This document shows, in pieces, positions 50,756 to 63,876 of a stretch of 64,000 nt of DNA. The stretch spans positions 14,700,770-14,764,769 of the forward strand of contig CM119271.1 of assembly GCA_051294375.1 (NCBI GenBank), given 5' to 3'. The position numbers and the translations under genes are program-made. The first letter of the stretch is position 1; every line of letters begins with the position of its first letter. The notes under the pieces were generated by a model, which did no database searches, was not told the origin of the DNA, and worked only from the letters and a program-made list of their open reading frames with translations. The DNA comes from Paraspadella gotoi (Eukaryota > Animalia > Chaetognatha).

Positions 50756-53574
50756 TCAACCCCGCATGTAAGTGGGAAGGCCGTTGCTGACGCATCGAAA
50801 GCCCAAATTGGCTGCTGAGCTGTCGGGCGTGTTCTGACTGCGGGCGGCGCAGCGGTAGCGGAAGCAGTGATCGCGGTGGCACATGTAGGACCCGCCCTTC
50901 TTGACTTTGTCCGTTCCCTCTTCGGGGCCGAGCGGATCGAGGACGGCCTCGGTCGTATGCCGCGTCGTCCACCAATCCTCGGTCCACTCCCACACGTTGC
51001 CAACAATGTTTTTGAGCCCGAATTTGTTTTGCGTCGGAAAGGCGTCCGTTGGCGCCGTCGAGATGAAACCGTCCGCTAAAAATTAAAGAATATGACAGCC
51101 AAAGGACACTTTCTAAAAATGGTTCCCATGGTTCCCATGGTTCCCATACGTACCTCCCGAATTATTTTGGGGAAAAGGTCCCTGCCAAATGTTGGCGTAA
51201 TGTTGATCCTTGGGCATCTGGTTGTTCCCCCAAGGAAAGAGTCTCGCGTCGAGTCCCCCGCGACAGGCGAACTCCCACTCGGCTTCCGTCGGAAGACGCT
51301 TCTCCGCCCAAAGGCAAAAGGCGCGCGCGTCGTTCCACGAGACGTGGACTACAGGGTGATCGAGGCGCTGGGCAGTGAAAGATTTAATAATGAAATAAAG
51401 TAAAATATAGAAAAATGCAAATGAGGGCGAGAAAATGAACCAAAAAATCATTTCATACGGGATGGCGGGACGTGTTGTGTTAGATGTTCTTTGCGATCCA
51501 AAAAACGTTTGGTATATGACTCACCCAAGCGGGACGGTTACAGATTTAAGCTATGGAAGGGGACGTACCCAATTATATTAAAATGACAAAATCACCAAAG
51601 ATTTTAAAAACAAAGATTTCTCAGGAAGAAACTTTCGCAAAGATTCATCGTCAAACTTTAATTTTTCTGAATATTAATTTGTTTACAAATAAAACATTTC
51701 GTCTAAGGTTTATTTTTTTATTAACCCCTGCTAACTGTTAATTTATCATTCATCAATCACGAATCATAATTTATATATAATGTCAGGAACAAACTTTTGC
51801 GGAGTCTCGATTAAACCTTATCAAAAAAAAGTTTAAACTTTGAACCCCCTACTATCTCGCTTGCCTGTTATCCTAATAATTAAAACTTGGGTTCATTTGA
51901 ATGCTAAAACAAATATCTTTCATTAGAGCCTATAACAAGGTTTTTAGGCTAAATATTATAGAAGCTGTAATAAAATTTTTAAAAAATTTTTTATCCATTT
52001 TTTGAGGTTTTTTTATCATGAAAACTTTAAAACAGCTGAACCCCCCCAAAAAAAATGCAATTGTTGAGCTTTGGAAGGTAAGTTTGTTAAGATATAAGAT
52101 TGCCAAACAGTTTCATTTCTCTCCTACAGCCATCTGCAGAATTGTCAGCAAATTTGAAGCTACTGGACGAGCTTGGACAAGTTGTTGCAAGCAGGTGACC
52201 TTGAATTGATGGAGACAATATCGTGGACAATCTCAAAGACTGTTTGATGGTCCGACAACGTATTAATTAACTTGTCTTTAAAAATATTATTTTCTTTCAA
52301 ATAACGAAATAAAATGCTTTTATCATAACTATTAAACTTTTTTTGATCAGATCTGTATATATAATTTTATATATAATATATATAATATATATATGAAATT
52401 GGTACAACCAATAAATATATATATAAATATCCCTCAATTCCATTCCATCCCTTGATGGAGACGGAATCGTGAAGAGGAATCTCCAAAGACTCTGAACTTT
52501 CCGACATGTGATATTCACTGTTCATTCATTACTTGTTCCCTTTCAGTTCGGTGAGCATCGTGTTTAATATCATAGAAAGTACGTGTTCGAGTGTGAGTCC
52601 TAATTTGGTTGGCGTCCCCGTTCTCTTGTGCATTCTATACTGTGGGCAACCTTGTGGTCGACCGTGCCGCCGTGTGGTTAACTGACATTGTGGTCTACAC
52701 GTTAGAGGGTCTCGTGCTTCTCAAGCCCGGCCGGCGCCCGCCGGCATCGCCCACAACAATCACCCTCTAACACCCTCACCTGAGTGATATTAGAATCGGG
52801 TCCCTCCGGGTGGCGCCAATCAGCGCCCTTGACCGGCATCCACCAGGGCGAAGTGGCGACGACTTTGTCGATCTTCGACTTGACGGCGTCGCTGAGAAGA
52901 TTCTCGGCGACGAAGGAATCCCCAAAGATCTCTGCCTCGGTCTTGTAGCCGGAGGCGCGGACGAAGAGTTGGAACTCTCGGTTGCTCACTTCGCGGAGGT
53001 CGACGCAAAAGGGAGAGACAGAGACGGGGCGCATGGGGTTCTCGCCGTCGGCGGCGAAAAAGGGCCGATCCGTGCCCATGCGAAACCTCCCGGCCACGAG
53101 GCACTTCATGGCGCTGAGGGGCGCGAGCTCGCGATGGGCGCGCCGCCGAGCCCGGAATCCTTCAGAGGCTAAAAATTGTGGGCGTACGAAGTAGCGTTCG
53201 CGGAGTTTTCTCACTTCTTCCGATTCTCCGTCTTCGGGATATTCCGAGGGAATTTCCAAATCCTCCGATTCGACCTCCGCATCTTCGTCGAGCCTCGAAT
53301 CTCTTTGGCAATTATCGCCGGGTTTGACGCAAGTCGGTTCGTCGGCTGAAGCGGCGACGTTAATCTCTGCGGCGTCGGCGTCGTCGGCGGCGGCTCGGTT
53401 AGTCGCGCAGCCGCAGGACGGAGCGGTTTCGGGTTTCGAGACGGCGATCGTCTCTTTCAGCAGCGACGCAGCGGCTGCTCCACCGTCCTCGCCAGTCTCG
53501 CTTCCGGCGGCGGAAATCGTCAGCAGCAGCAAAAATACGGAGCAACGAATCGTTCGTCGGCGAAGCGTCATCAT
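50756..53574 (-). CDS. SUMF1: Formylglycine-generating enzyme (sulfatase-modifying factor 1)
   Basis: Exons 53574-52780, 51367-51154 and 51075-50756. Signal peptide, CGC motif, [15 protein letters not shown] and [37 protein letters not shown]. Confidence 0.96.
52018..52260 (+). mobile_element. Tc1-like transposase N-terminal HTH fragment in SUMF1 intron 1
   Basis: KNAIVELW...[24 protein letters not shown] resembles a paired-type HTH. The fragment is truncated. Confidence 0.55.
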
Positions 53575-53670
53575 TGTGTTTTTTTTTAAAGAAAACTTGT
53601 AAAAACTAATAAAGAAAAACAAATTTAATTTAGGAAACAAAGACATCACACGGACGCGGGTCACTCGAAA

Positions 53671-54226
53671 TCAAACGGTTTCTTGCGGGGCGACATATTC
53701 ACCGCCGCTGTCGCTTAGCGGCTGCGACTCGATCGTTCGCCGCTTGTGAGGAACGTAGGAGCCGACGCCGGCGGCGCGGAGAGACTCTTCAATGGAGTAG
53801 GGTTCGTCGCGCAAATCTCGAAGGCGACGCTTGTGGAGTTTGCCTTTGAGGTGATCGTCGAGAGCGACCGCGGAGATGAAGTACCTGGAGGAGGTGATGG
53901 GACAGAGAGTGACGACGATCGTATGGATGATTAGGTAAGAGAAAAAAGTTATAAAGCTAGTATACGTGATTATGAAATTGGGACAAATAACGAATAAATT
54001 ATAAATAATAAAAATGAACCCACCGGGCGCAATGCAAGCAATAGTACTGGCCCTTTCCCGGCAGATCCAAGTCGATCTCTTGACGCAACAAAGCGACGGC
54101 GACTTTGGGCTTCAAATCTGAGTCGATTTCGTCCAAAGATTTCACTCGATTTTTCGCTTTCAAGTTTTTCTTGGTCGTTTTGTGACCGCGCCCTTGATTC
54201 ACGCCGCGCGACGGCTTTTTCCCCAT
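53671..54226 (-). CDS. ZNF593: Zinc finger protein 593 / Bud20 homolog
   Basis: Exons 54226-54024 and 53884-53671 give LDEIDSDL...[20 protein letters not shown]...[29 protein letters not shown]. Confidence 0.95.
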
Positions 54227-54393
54227 ATTTTTCAATTTTTTTTTTATTTCTTAAAAAAAAAAAAAGATCGAAAAAAATAAAACACGAACAAAATGAGCGC
54301 GAAAAAAAATTTCTGGCAATGCGAACAACGCGAACAAAGTCAAAAAAAATCTCTGGCGATCCAGCACAACGCAGATATCGATTTCTACTAGTT

Positions 54394-56340
54394 CTAGTCG
54401 AACTCTTCAATTTCCACGAGGTCGTCGTCGTACTGGGAGAGAGTGTTGTCCTCTGGCGCGGTTTCGCCGTCGAAATGAGTCAACTGGACGACGTCTTTAT
54501 CTTCGTCGTCGACGACTTCGCTCTCTTTAAGCAACTCTCCCGATTTCGTCGTCAAGATTCGTTCGAAAGTCGTGAGATCTCGAACGAGTTCCGTCTGGGC
54601 GGCGACGGGCGGCGTGCGACGCATCGCTTTGAGGGCGGGAAGCGTCGTCGTCGTCAGATTCGGCAAAGTCTCTCCGAATCCACGGAAGAGGGCGACGCAG
54701 TTAGCGAGGCGTTCCCTCGTCGTCCGAGACGCATCGAACCATCGAGGCTTCTTCATGGGACGAAAGCCGACGCCGAAACCTCCGCCGCCACCGCTAGTGG
54801 ATTTCTCTGAATTGAAGAAAAGAAGCGCGCGGGCGGCGATGGAGGATTCGTATCCCTGAGCGAAGGATTTGACGGACCATTCCGGGGAGAGGGCGTCGAC
54901 GAGGGAGAGATGATCGGCGACGTCGGCCACGTCCTCGACGCGAGAGAAAAAGTCGGGATAATTTTGATGGAGGAAAAGATTGAAAAACTCGGAAGAGACG
55001 GCGGTTCGTTCCACGACTTCTTCTGGGACGCAGCGTAGAGGATCGCGGCGCTGCTGCATCAAATGCGGCGGAAGCGGTTTCACTTCGTCGGCCGACGCGG
55101 CGGGATCCCGCTTGCAATGGAGGATTTTGCCGAGAGCATGAAAGAGAAAGAGATGCGAATCTTTTTGCGAGTTGATGGAAGATTTGGAGCCGAAAGAGTT
55201 TTTCTTTCCTTTTACTCCTTTAGAAGAAAAGGATTTAGTTTCTTTGGAAGTCGAGGGTTTGGATTCCCTTCCAATCGACGTCGCCACGCGGAGACTTCGA
55301 AACTGAAAATTGTTGATGGCGACTCTGAGATCTCCTCCGGCGTCGGCGACGATCCCATCGAGGACGGCGGAGGCGACAGCGACAAAACGGGAGTCGGAGG
55401 CGGCTTCGCGTTGCCCGATCCTCTTGAGACAAGAAAGAAGGAAGGTGTTGGCGACGGCGTTGAAGTTGATGAGGGAGAAATCGAGGCGCGACTGAAGATC
55501 CTTGGGGAAGAGTTTGAGGAGGATCGAGTCCGATGAGGATTTGGAGTCGCTTACGACGAAGACGATCGGCGCTGGACGGCGAAGCCTCGAATAACTCGTC
55601 AAGAGATCGTGGAAGACGGTCGAGTCGCGGAGGAAAGAGTTGGGGAATTCGTCAATGAGGAGGAGAGGGGAAGAGAAAGAGGAGGAGGAGGAGGAGGAGT
55701 CAGAGACTCCGATTTGTAGTTGACGATATTTGTTGGCGCGGGACACGAATTCTCGGAAAAGCGTCACTTGAGAGGCTCGAAAAGTCGGTCGGTCTTCGCG
55801 GAAGTCGTCGCCACGCAGCGCCTCGTCCACAAGGCGCTGCTCCTCACTCTCTCCAGAGTCCAAAGGGTTCGTCCACTCGCGCAGGTCCATTCGGAGATCG
55901 GAGGCGACGGCACGGGCGGTGGCGGACTTGCCCGATCCCGAAGGGCCGGATAAAAGGAGGAAGGGCGACATAGCGCCGGCGTCGTCGGCGCCACGCGAGA
56001 GATAGGCCTCCAGCCAGCGCCGCACCTCCTGCACTTTCTTTGGGTGGAGAGCGAGTTGATCGGCGCTGGTCGGCGCGTGTTTGGCCGACCAGAGAACGTC
56101 GCGATCGCGCGTCGCCTCCTCGAACGACGCAGACTTGGCGAAGGAGGATTTCCGGCTCAATTTCGGTTCCGAGGAAGATGAGTTTTGTTTTCGTTTGATT
56201 CCTCGAGCGGCGCGACTTTGAGCGCCGGCAGCGCCGCGATCTGACGAGGTAGAAGCGGCGTCTTGGTTAGAGTATGTACGGTTAATGCCATTTTTCGTGA
56301 AAAAGTCGCTGACGACCCAGGGGCTGGATCGACCAGACAT
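54394..56340 (-). CDS. RAD17: Cell-cycle checkpoint clamp loader Rad17, intronless
   Basis: LWSAKHAP..LALHPKKVQEVRRWL, Walker A GPSGSGKS, GDLRVAINNFQF and KDSHLFLFHALGKILHCKR. Confidence 0.96.
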   Translation of the reverse strand: MSGRSSPWVVSDFFTKNGINRTYSNQDAASTSSDRGAAGAQSRAARGIKRKQNSSSSEPKLSRKSSFAKSASFEEATRDRDVLWSAKHAPTSADQLALHPKKVQEVRRWLEAYLSRGADDAGAMSPFLLLSGPSGSGKSATARAVASDLRMDLREWTNPLDSGESEEQRLVDEALRGDDFREDRPTFRASQVTLFREFVSRANKYRQLQIGVSDSSSSSSSFSSPLLLIDEFPNSFLRDSTVFHDLLTSYSRLRRPAPIVFVVSDSKSSSDSILLKLFPKDLQSRLDFSLINFNAVANTFLLSCLKRIGQREAASDSRFVAVASAVLDGIVADAGGDLRVAINNFQFRSLRVATSIGRESKPSTSKETKSFSSKGVKGKKNSFGSKSSINSQKDSHLFLFHALGKILHCKRDPAASADEVKPLPPHLMQQRRDPLRCVPEEVVERTAVSSEFFNLFLHQNYPDFFSRVEDVADVADHLSLVDALSPEWSVKSFAQGYESSIAARALLFFNSEKSTSGGGGGFGVGFRPMKKPRWFDASRTTRERLANCVALFRGFGETLPNLTTTTLPALKAMRRTPPVAAQTELVRDLTTFERILTTKSGELLKESEVVDDEDKDVVQLTHFDGETAPEDNTLSQYDDDLVEIEEFD

Positions 56341-56633
56341 AACTGGAAAGTGAAACACCCATTATAGATTTAACATTTATAGCAATATCATGGGATTGAT
56401 CATTGAGCGAGGAAAACAAAGTAATATGAGGCTTTTATTTTGAGTCGGTGTTTTCACTTCCTGTTAAAAAAATTGCCACATATTGTCAAACCAACTTTCG
56501 CTAAATAGTGACTTGGTGCGATTTACGTATTACATCTGATAAGCACGATAATTGGTCCATGACGAGCCAAGTTTTTCTCTGCGACTATAAAGCTATCTAT
56601 CTATCTATCTATTCGCTCTCGAACTCAATACCT

Positions 56634-56676
<43 letters not shown>

Positions 56677-56774
56677 GAGCTCATTTACGTTTATATTTGC
56701 TTTTATTTTTCTTAACAATTATTTATTTATTTTGTGATTGATACATTGGATTCATAACTTTTATCGTCAGCGTT

Positions 56775-58817
56775 TCAAAGATTTTCCTCTTCCTCTTCCT
56801 CGTCGTCATCTTCCTTGTATTCGATGTCGCCGTCGACGAGATCCATGTAAGCCTTTCCCAAGTGGAGACATCCGCCTTGAGTTAAAGAGAAAATAGGGGA
56901 TTATCTTATTTTTATATTTTCATTTTTATATATCGTAAATATATTGTTGTTTGTTATAAAATAAAAACTCTCTGCTTTGTACACGAATTCCGAAACGCAA
57001 CGAAAAGAAAGGAAATTACATAAATACTTAACTATTTTTTATACTTTATTTTACTCTATTCATTCTATTTCAGGTAAAATTTTACTTTCCCCGACCGGGG
57101 TTTTGGCGTCTTTTGAAAAACCTTTTAAAAATACTTATTTTTAAAAATAATTGAAAAAACCACGGTCGGCGAAAGTAAAATTAAACCCTTTTTGAATCCA
57201 TTTTATTCTTTTGAAAACTATTATTTTTAACAAACCACCTTAATCTTTTTAAATCCAATAATTTTTTCTAAAATCCATTTAATTTTTGAAAAATCATAAA
57301 ATCCATTATAAAATAATAAAATCCATTTCATTCTTTTTACATCCATTTCATGCTTTTGAAATCCATTTAATTTCTCAAATTCTATACAGAAGGCTTCATA
57401 TTATAAAATGTGGTACTGTGGACGCAACAAGTTTGGTCAACCTTGGTCAAACCACAGTACCCCTTTTTTGTGATCAGAATCTGTTCCTACTAAACTACCG
57501 TATCGAATTTCATGAAATTTTACATTTAGAGTTCTAATGACAATATAAATGGAACTATCGAGGCGAATTTTAATATTCAACCTCTGACAAGAGATACAGG
57601 GCCCTGGGGCTTTTTTTATAATTTTTTTAGTAGAATCAGGTTCATCGATGTTTTAAACATACAAAAATATTTTTTAAAACTAAAATTAATAATTTTTTTG
57701 CTAATTAATCGGTGTTTGAAGATGCATGGTTCATCGTTTTTCTCCAAATTTTCCAGAATTATTCCAAATCTGACTTGAACAGCTGATGTTCATGAAGCTG
57801 AAACTTATGGTAAACTAATGTTTTTGTGGAAATAAATACATTTTTGTGGAAGAGTAAACATCTGGGCAACTGTTCAAAACAAAACAAAAATTAAAAATAA
57901 ATTTTGACCATTTTTTGCCCTCATGAGTGACCCCTACCGGGCCCCATATCTCGGCTCAGGGGTCAAATATTGAAATCTGCCTGGATATTTCTATTTCTAT
58001 TCACATAGGGATCGTTCATACCAAATTTCATTAAAATCTATTCAATAGTTTTTTCGGAACGTGTTCTAGTCACAAAAAAGGGGTACCACATTTTATAATA
58101 TGAAGCCTTCTGTATTTAGTTATTTACTGTGTTCTTTTCAAAATCCACATTCAATCTACAAAAATTCACACTCCGTCTAGAAATTTCCGCCCCAACCACT
58201 GCACCTACCGGCGAGCGTGGCACCGAGCATCATCTGAGGCACGGTGTGCGTGATTTTGTCTGCGGAGAGTTTTTTGGCGATGGCGCAGATGAGGAAGGAG
58301 CCTTGAACGAAGATGGAGCTGAGCCCGATCGCGAAGAACGCCCTCTTCCTGTCCGACACTTGCTTCAGATGCGGCCTGAGCCCAATGGGAGGGAAATTGA
58401 AAGGATTTGAAGGGGAGAATGAATATAGGAATGAATGAATATAGGAATATATGAATATATGAATGAATATAGGAGGGTGTCAGTGGACGCGGAGACCTGT
58501 CGTAAATCCACATCCCCACGCCGGCGCAAGAGGACATCCACAAAGAGTTGCGGACGGTGTCGCTCCAAGCGCCAAAGTACTTGAGAACCGAGGGGTCCAT
58601 CAACTTTGGGGGACAAAGTAAAAAAAAAAAAAAAAAAATAGAAAGAAGCAAATTAAAAAGCATCGAGGAGGAGGAGGAGACTCACGGTGGAAGCGAAGGC
58701 GGTGAGACACGCGGACGACGCGATTGGGAGATACTTGAAGACGATATCCCGCTTGACGGCGCTCTCCGACCTCTTGAGCTCCACCACGGAGGCGAGATCC
58801 TCCATCGACGACTCCAT
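56775..58817 (-). CDS. Small multi-pass membrane protein of unknown function with an acidic tail
   Basis: Four phase-compatible exons (58817-58686, ~58603-58497, ~58375-58209, ~56876-56775) encoding about 4 hydrophobic helices. Confidence 0.75.
57387..58112. mobile_element. TA-flanked MITE with a perfect 30-bp TIR
   Basis: CAGAAGGCTTCATATTATAAAATGTGGTAC ... GTACCACATTTTATAATATGAAGCCTTCTG with a TA TSD. A partial relative ends at ~38523. Confidence 0.9.
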
Positions 58818-59220
58818 CCGGCGACGAGGTCGAGACACGAAAGTTAAAAAAAGGAGAACAAAAAAAAAAAGTCGCGGTAAAAAAGGCTGAGAACGGTAAG
58901 GAGGATTTTTAAAGAGAAAACTTTTGCGTTTGTTGATTAGCGTAGTTAAGAATTCATTTGGAGTGAGTGGAAAATCTTTTTCTGTATCATGACTGACTGA
59001 CTTAGTGATGCGTGGAAGAACGATTGAAACGAAAAATTTGGGAAAATTTATTAACTTCGTATTAAGAACAAACGAAAATACTGCAATAACAAAAGTAAAA
59101 CTAAAACGGAGCCTGCCACAAACTTTCTCCAAGCTTTAATAATTTAATGAATTGAGCACAATAAAAAATAAAAAAAAATAAGCGGACGAAAAAAAAATAT
59201 TAATACTCCAAATTAATCAT

Positions 59221-62200
59221 TCACAGCTGTAAGATGCTTCCCTCTAAATTCACGTGATCCAACATAGGAAAACAAGTTTGAGTCTGTGAATCCGTGAGGG
59301 AAAAGTTTTCTGCCAAACCGCCGACTTCATTCCCTCCCTTAGCCCCGCCCCCTTTCTCTCCGCTCGTCGTCTGCACCCCCTGATGCTGCTGCTGCTGGTG
59401 CCGCGCGCGATGCCGCGGCCTTCGGTGCGTTCCCTCAAGGAATCCTCCGGGCGTCAAAGTCGCGGCAACCGACGCCGTCGTGGGCGAGGACTCGGACGGC
59501 GTCGACTCGGGCGCCAGAACCTCGACGCAATCCTCGGCGTCTTCCTCGTCCATGGCGTCGAGGTCGGCGAGATAGTCCACCTAATTTAGGGTGGGACACT
59601 TGAGCCCTCAGTTTCTTCAAGAGATACCCGATAAATAAATAGTTTTAAATATTAATTTAACATTACTAATCTACAAGGAACTGTAGTAGGTTCATACCTC
59701 TTTTAAGACATTTTGAATCGAGTGACTATTATATGTATTATTCATACTATATAATATATATTATATAATACATATAGTTGTATTAACTAACCAAATCGGG
59801 AAAGAGATCGTCGGTAGTTTGCGTCTCCGTGTTGGCGAAGAAATTGACATCTTCGCCGGAAACGAACCCCACCGGCTCTGAATCCAGCGTCTGCGTCTCG
59901 ATGTGAGTCATGAAGATCGGCGCCGCGCGGGCGACGCCGTCCGCTGGCGACGCGAGAAGAGTGTCCCCGGCTGCGGCTGCTGCGGCGTCCTCCGGATAAC
60001 GCAGCGGTGAAGCGGCGGGCGGCGGGCAAAGACCTGAGAGCGACCAGAGGCCTTCGAGTACGGCGAGAGAGATGTCCGTCTGAGTCTCAATGTTGAAGGA
60101 AGAGGAGGCGTCCACGGGTTTGTTGATGAAAGGCTTAAGGGGATCGTCAATTTTGACGTCGACTGGAGAAAGAGTCACGTCTCTGAAATTGGGGGAAAGG
60201 GTTAAAAATTGTCTTAATTTGCAGTAATACATTAAACTCAATTTGCATGTTGTCGAACTGAAAATAAATATCCCTTTCAAAGGCCTTTGATTTTTTTATT
60301 TTACAAATGCAATAAAATGAAGTACGAGTAAAGGAACTCTTATGGCAACAGCCGGGTTGCCTATGATGCCCATTGGGATGGGGCATCTCACTGTTGGCTT
60401 TGGGGGCTTCCGACCCTCAGTGACGCATCCAGTCACTGGCGCGGTTACCCTAGGACGGTCTCGCTTTGCCAACGCAGTGGCCAATGGGATTGGCTGAAAG
60501 ATGGTGGACGTGAGGCGGTGTGAATATGTTACCGCCACACTCTCAACCTTCGTTAAATAAATAAATAAATAAATAATAATGATAAATAAATAAATTCGTT
60601 CATTTATTTTTTTAAAGACGACGCAAGGGAGTTGGGATTCAGGAATTTATAGATGATAAAACATGGACATCACCTGCCGACCAAGAGCCTCTCCTCGGTC
60701 TCCAACCCGCAACAGGTAGTCGAAGCCTCGGCCATCTTCTTGTCCATCAAAAAGCTTTCCCTCGTCTGGGTCGAGATGCTCTCGAAGATGGAGTCGAACT
60801 CGAGGAGCATGGAGCGCGTCGACACGTCCGTGGATTCGCAGAGAGTCGCCGGCGTCGACGGAGGGCGAGCGGAAGATGGGGCGACGCCGAGACATGAACG
60901 CATGTCGGCATGAGTGCCTCGTGAGGCGGAAAACTAAACGATAATAATAATAATAATAAATTAAGTTTGTTATTGCTATACTTAACACTAAAAAGTTAAA
61001 CGAAAACTAGTCCTATTAAATCTTCGATACCTTAAAACGTTTTTCTCCCCCTCCTCTTCCTCCTCCTCCCCTCTTCCCCGCCACCCTCGTTTGCGTCTCG
61101 TTATGCTTCTTCTCCTTCGTCCCCGACGCCGCCTCCTCCCGACAAAACCGACGGGCGCGTGGGCTGACTTGAGCCCCGCGTGACTGGCGATCCGGCGCCG
61201 CGGCGGCTGTGGAGGCGGAGCGGCGGAGGCCAAAGAGGGCGTCGACGGGCTGAGGAATCTCCACGCGAAGGGTGCCTTCGATGGTGAGATCCTTGGAGGT
61301 TTGAGTCTCCGCGCTGGATTTGTTCGTCGAGGAGGAGAGGACGTTCGGAAGAGGATGATGGGGTTCGTCCTGGGATTTCGGGTCAAGCGGGAAAAGAATT
61401 AGTTGGGTCTTTACTTTTTAATGAGTTGGGTCTTTAGTCTTTAATGAGATCATCTCTGACATCAAAGTTTCCCAGTCAAATGCCAAATGAAATTGAATTC
61501 GTCAATTTCATTTGCATATCGCAGTAATTTATTAGAAATATAGTATTTTTGTGGTAGAGCAAGAGCTATCAGGCGGCTAACTTCTAAGAATGATTCTTAA
61601 ACAAATATAAAACCCCCTTCGCACCCATACAAGGTGATTAGTACATACCGTGTCACTGTCAGTCATCAAAAAATATCTTATGAAAAACAAAGAGGTCCCT
61701 GGCCTATGCCTTGAAATCAAATCAACCCAAAAAAGGGTCCAATCTGTAAGAAGGAACCTGATTCGGGGTGTGATTCGCCTCTCGCGACTCGGAAGTCGAG
61801 ACAGAAGACGTCCCCGGCGAAGTCGACGGACTCATCATCAACGATGGCTGTCGAGAAAATATAAAATGAATAAGAAACCCAAAATATCGTCAATGAAAAT
61901 TGCTATAAATAAATAAATAAGCTATCTTGCCCCTGATTTAGGACAGGCTATAGTGTATTAAGGCCTTAATCTCTCTAACAAGATAATAACAAAGTACGGA
62001 GTACAATATAAAGTAATCCGCTATATAATACTTAAGGGAGTGGTCTTTTCATACAATTGAAAAATTCTTTGAAATATTAAAATACTTCAATGATAGGGAA
62101 GCCAGGTACTCTGGGAGTGAATAAACTAGACTAAGAGAGACTTGCTTAAAAGATTGCAGGGACCTGTTATGTCATTATCTTGTAAGAGTGATGGAGGCCT

Positions 62201-63040
62201 TAAACCAGCAAAGCAGGAGGTCCAAAGTCAGGAGCAAGATAGCTTATTTGTTAAATGAATGGATAATTTTTATATTGGTTTTACCAATTTCATAGCAAGC
62301 TTTCAATCAAGATTCCTTCGCCGTCTACAGTTTAGTAACTCCCTAAGTTCCTGGCTTCATATTTGAACACCCCCCCCACCCACCTTGGGCAGGATAAACC
62401 TCTTCGTCTTTCCATCATGGATCGTCTCGCCAACTTCGTCAATGAGACTGACGAACTGCAACGCGTTCTGCACGATCGTGTGCACGATCTTCCCGTTGCC
62501 TCGGAACGTGGTTCGCAAGGGGGCGTGGAGACGGCGGCAATGACTGTCCAATGCGGCCAAATTAGCGAAGGCGGCGCCGCAAAAGACGCAGGTACCGGGG
62601 ACGCCGCATGATTTGCGGTGGCGCGAGAGATCGCAGGCGCGAGCGAAGGAGACGCCGCAGTCGACGCACGAGTGACTCCGCGGTTCGTGCATTCGATGAT
62701 AATGTTTGCGCAGGAGAGAAAAGGAGGCGAAGAATTTCCTTCCGGCGCCGAGATCGTCGCCGACGCCGATAAAATAAGGACAGACGGAAACGGGACAAAA
62801 GTAACGAGTTTCGACGACCTTCTCGCCGCTGGTCTCTCGGGTGAGTTGAGATCGGGCCAGCAGCAGCTTTCGGTCCTTCTCGTCGGCGACGATCTTATGG
62901 GTCATGACCAGGTGCATTTTCAGCATGCCCTCGTGCTTGAAAGCCTTGCCGCAGCCGTCCACCGGGCAAACCGGTTCGCTCGTAGACCGGACGAGCTGTT
63001 CGGGAGGAGGGCAGACGCAATTAAAGACGGCGTCGGCCAT
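59221..63040 (-). CDS. ATMIN: ATM interactor / ASCIZ-like zinc-finger transcription factor
   Basis: N-terminal C2H2 fingers in exon 63040-62384. Downstream exons carry several LC8-binding TQT motifs (NETQT, ISTQT, IETQT twice, TETQT, SQTQT). Internal exon boundaries are approximate. Confidence 0.88.
61900..62295. repeat. Dispersed SINE/LINE-tail-like repeat fragments
   Basis: AGCT(A/G)TCTTGCCCCTGA(C/T)TT.GGACAGGCT occurs at ~30740 and ~61920, and in reverse orientation at ~62155-62250. Confidence 0.6.
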
Positions 63041-63611
63041 CTTTGAAGACCCTTTACCGTCGAAGAAGAAAATTGTTTTTTTATCACTGAGTGAAAAATA
63101 ATAAGTAAAAGACGATAACGATTCAAAATTATGTCTACATTTTTTCTTTCATTAACAATGTTTATATTAAAAGGCTGGTATTTTTTTGACTAGTTCAACA
63201 TAAGAAAATTACACTCGAGACGAAGGCCTTTTATTTTGTGTGTGGGAGAAAAGAAAAGGAGAAAATGAAGACTTGAGCGAAAAGAAAAAGCGATGAAAAT
63301 AAATATAAGGTTTTGTCGAAATGGAATGTCTTGATATCTTTTTTTGTCTTTTCTGCTTAGCAAGCTTTCTGGACGTAAGGCGCCGGGGGGTTATGATAAG
63401 GAAAGACTTTCCAGTAAGAAAGTTTCTACGCTGAGGCGATAACGATCAGAGCCTCAAAATTCTGCGTAATTCTCAGAGAGAAAAAGGTCAGTTCATTTTA
63501 GCGAAAAATCCAAGTTGCGGTTGTACGGTTTTTCATGTTACTCTAGGTCGTTCGATGTCTTCTAATCATAGTTCACCTTGAAAAAAAGTTTAGTTACAAA
63601 ACAGATTCCAA

Positions 63612-63876
63612 TCAGATCTTCCAGGCTTCCGCGTCGAGACTCTGCAGCCTTCGCACTCTCGCTCGATTGAGGTGCAGCCAGAGAAATCCGACGACGAGGC
63701 AGATGATAGACTCGACGTAGTAACCGTCGACGACGCCGCACGACGGGCAAATCCAAGATGGCGGATGAAGGGACAGGGACTCGACGAACCAAAGCGCCAA
63801 GGTCGCCGGCCAATTCCCGCCCAAGTTGGATATAGTGTTGAGGAGGGTCATGTATGTCCCGCCGTAGCGAGGGTCG
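63612..63876 (-). CDS. SLC33A1: Acetyl-CoA transporter 1, last exon (gene continues beyond the window)
   Basis: DPRYGGTYMTLLNTISNLGGNWP...DGYYVESIICLVVGFLW. Confidence 0.92.

Noticed and set aside
52810-55953. Many plus-strand ORFs opposite SUMF1, ZNF593 and RAD17
   Set aside because: They are antisense shadows of GC-rich coding exons.
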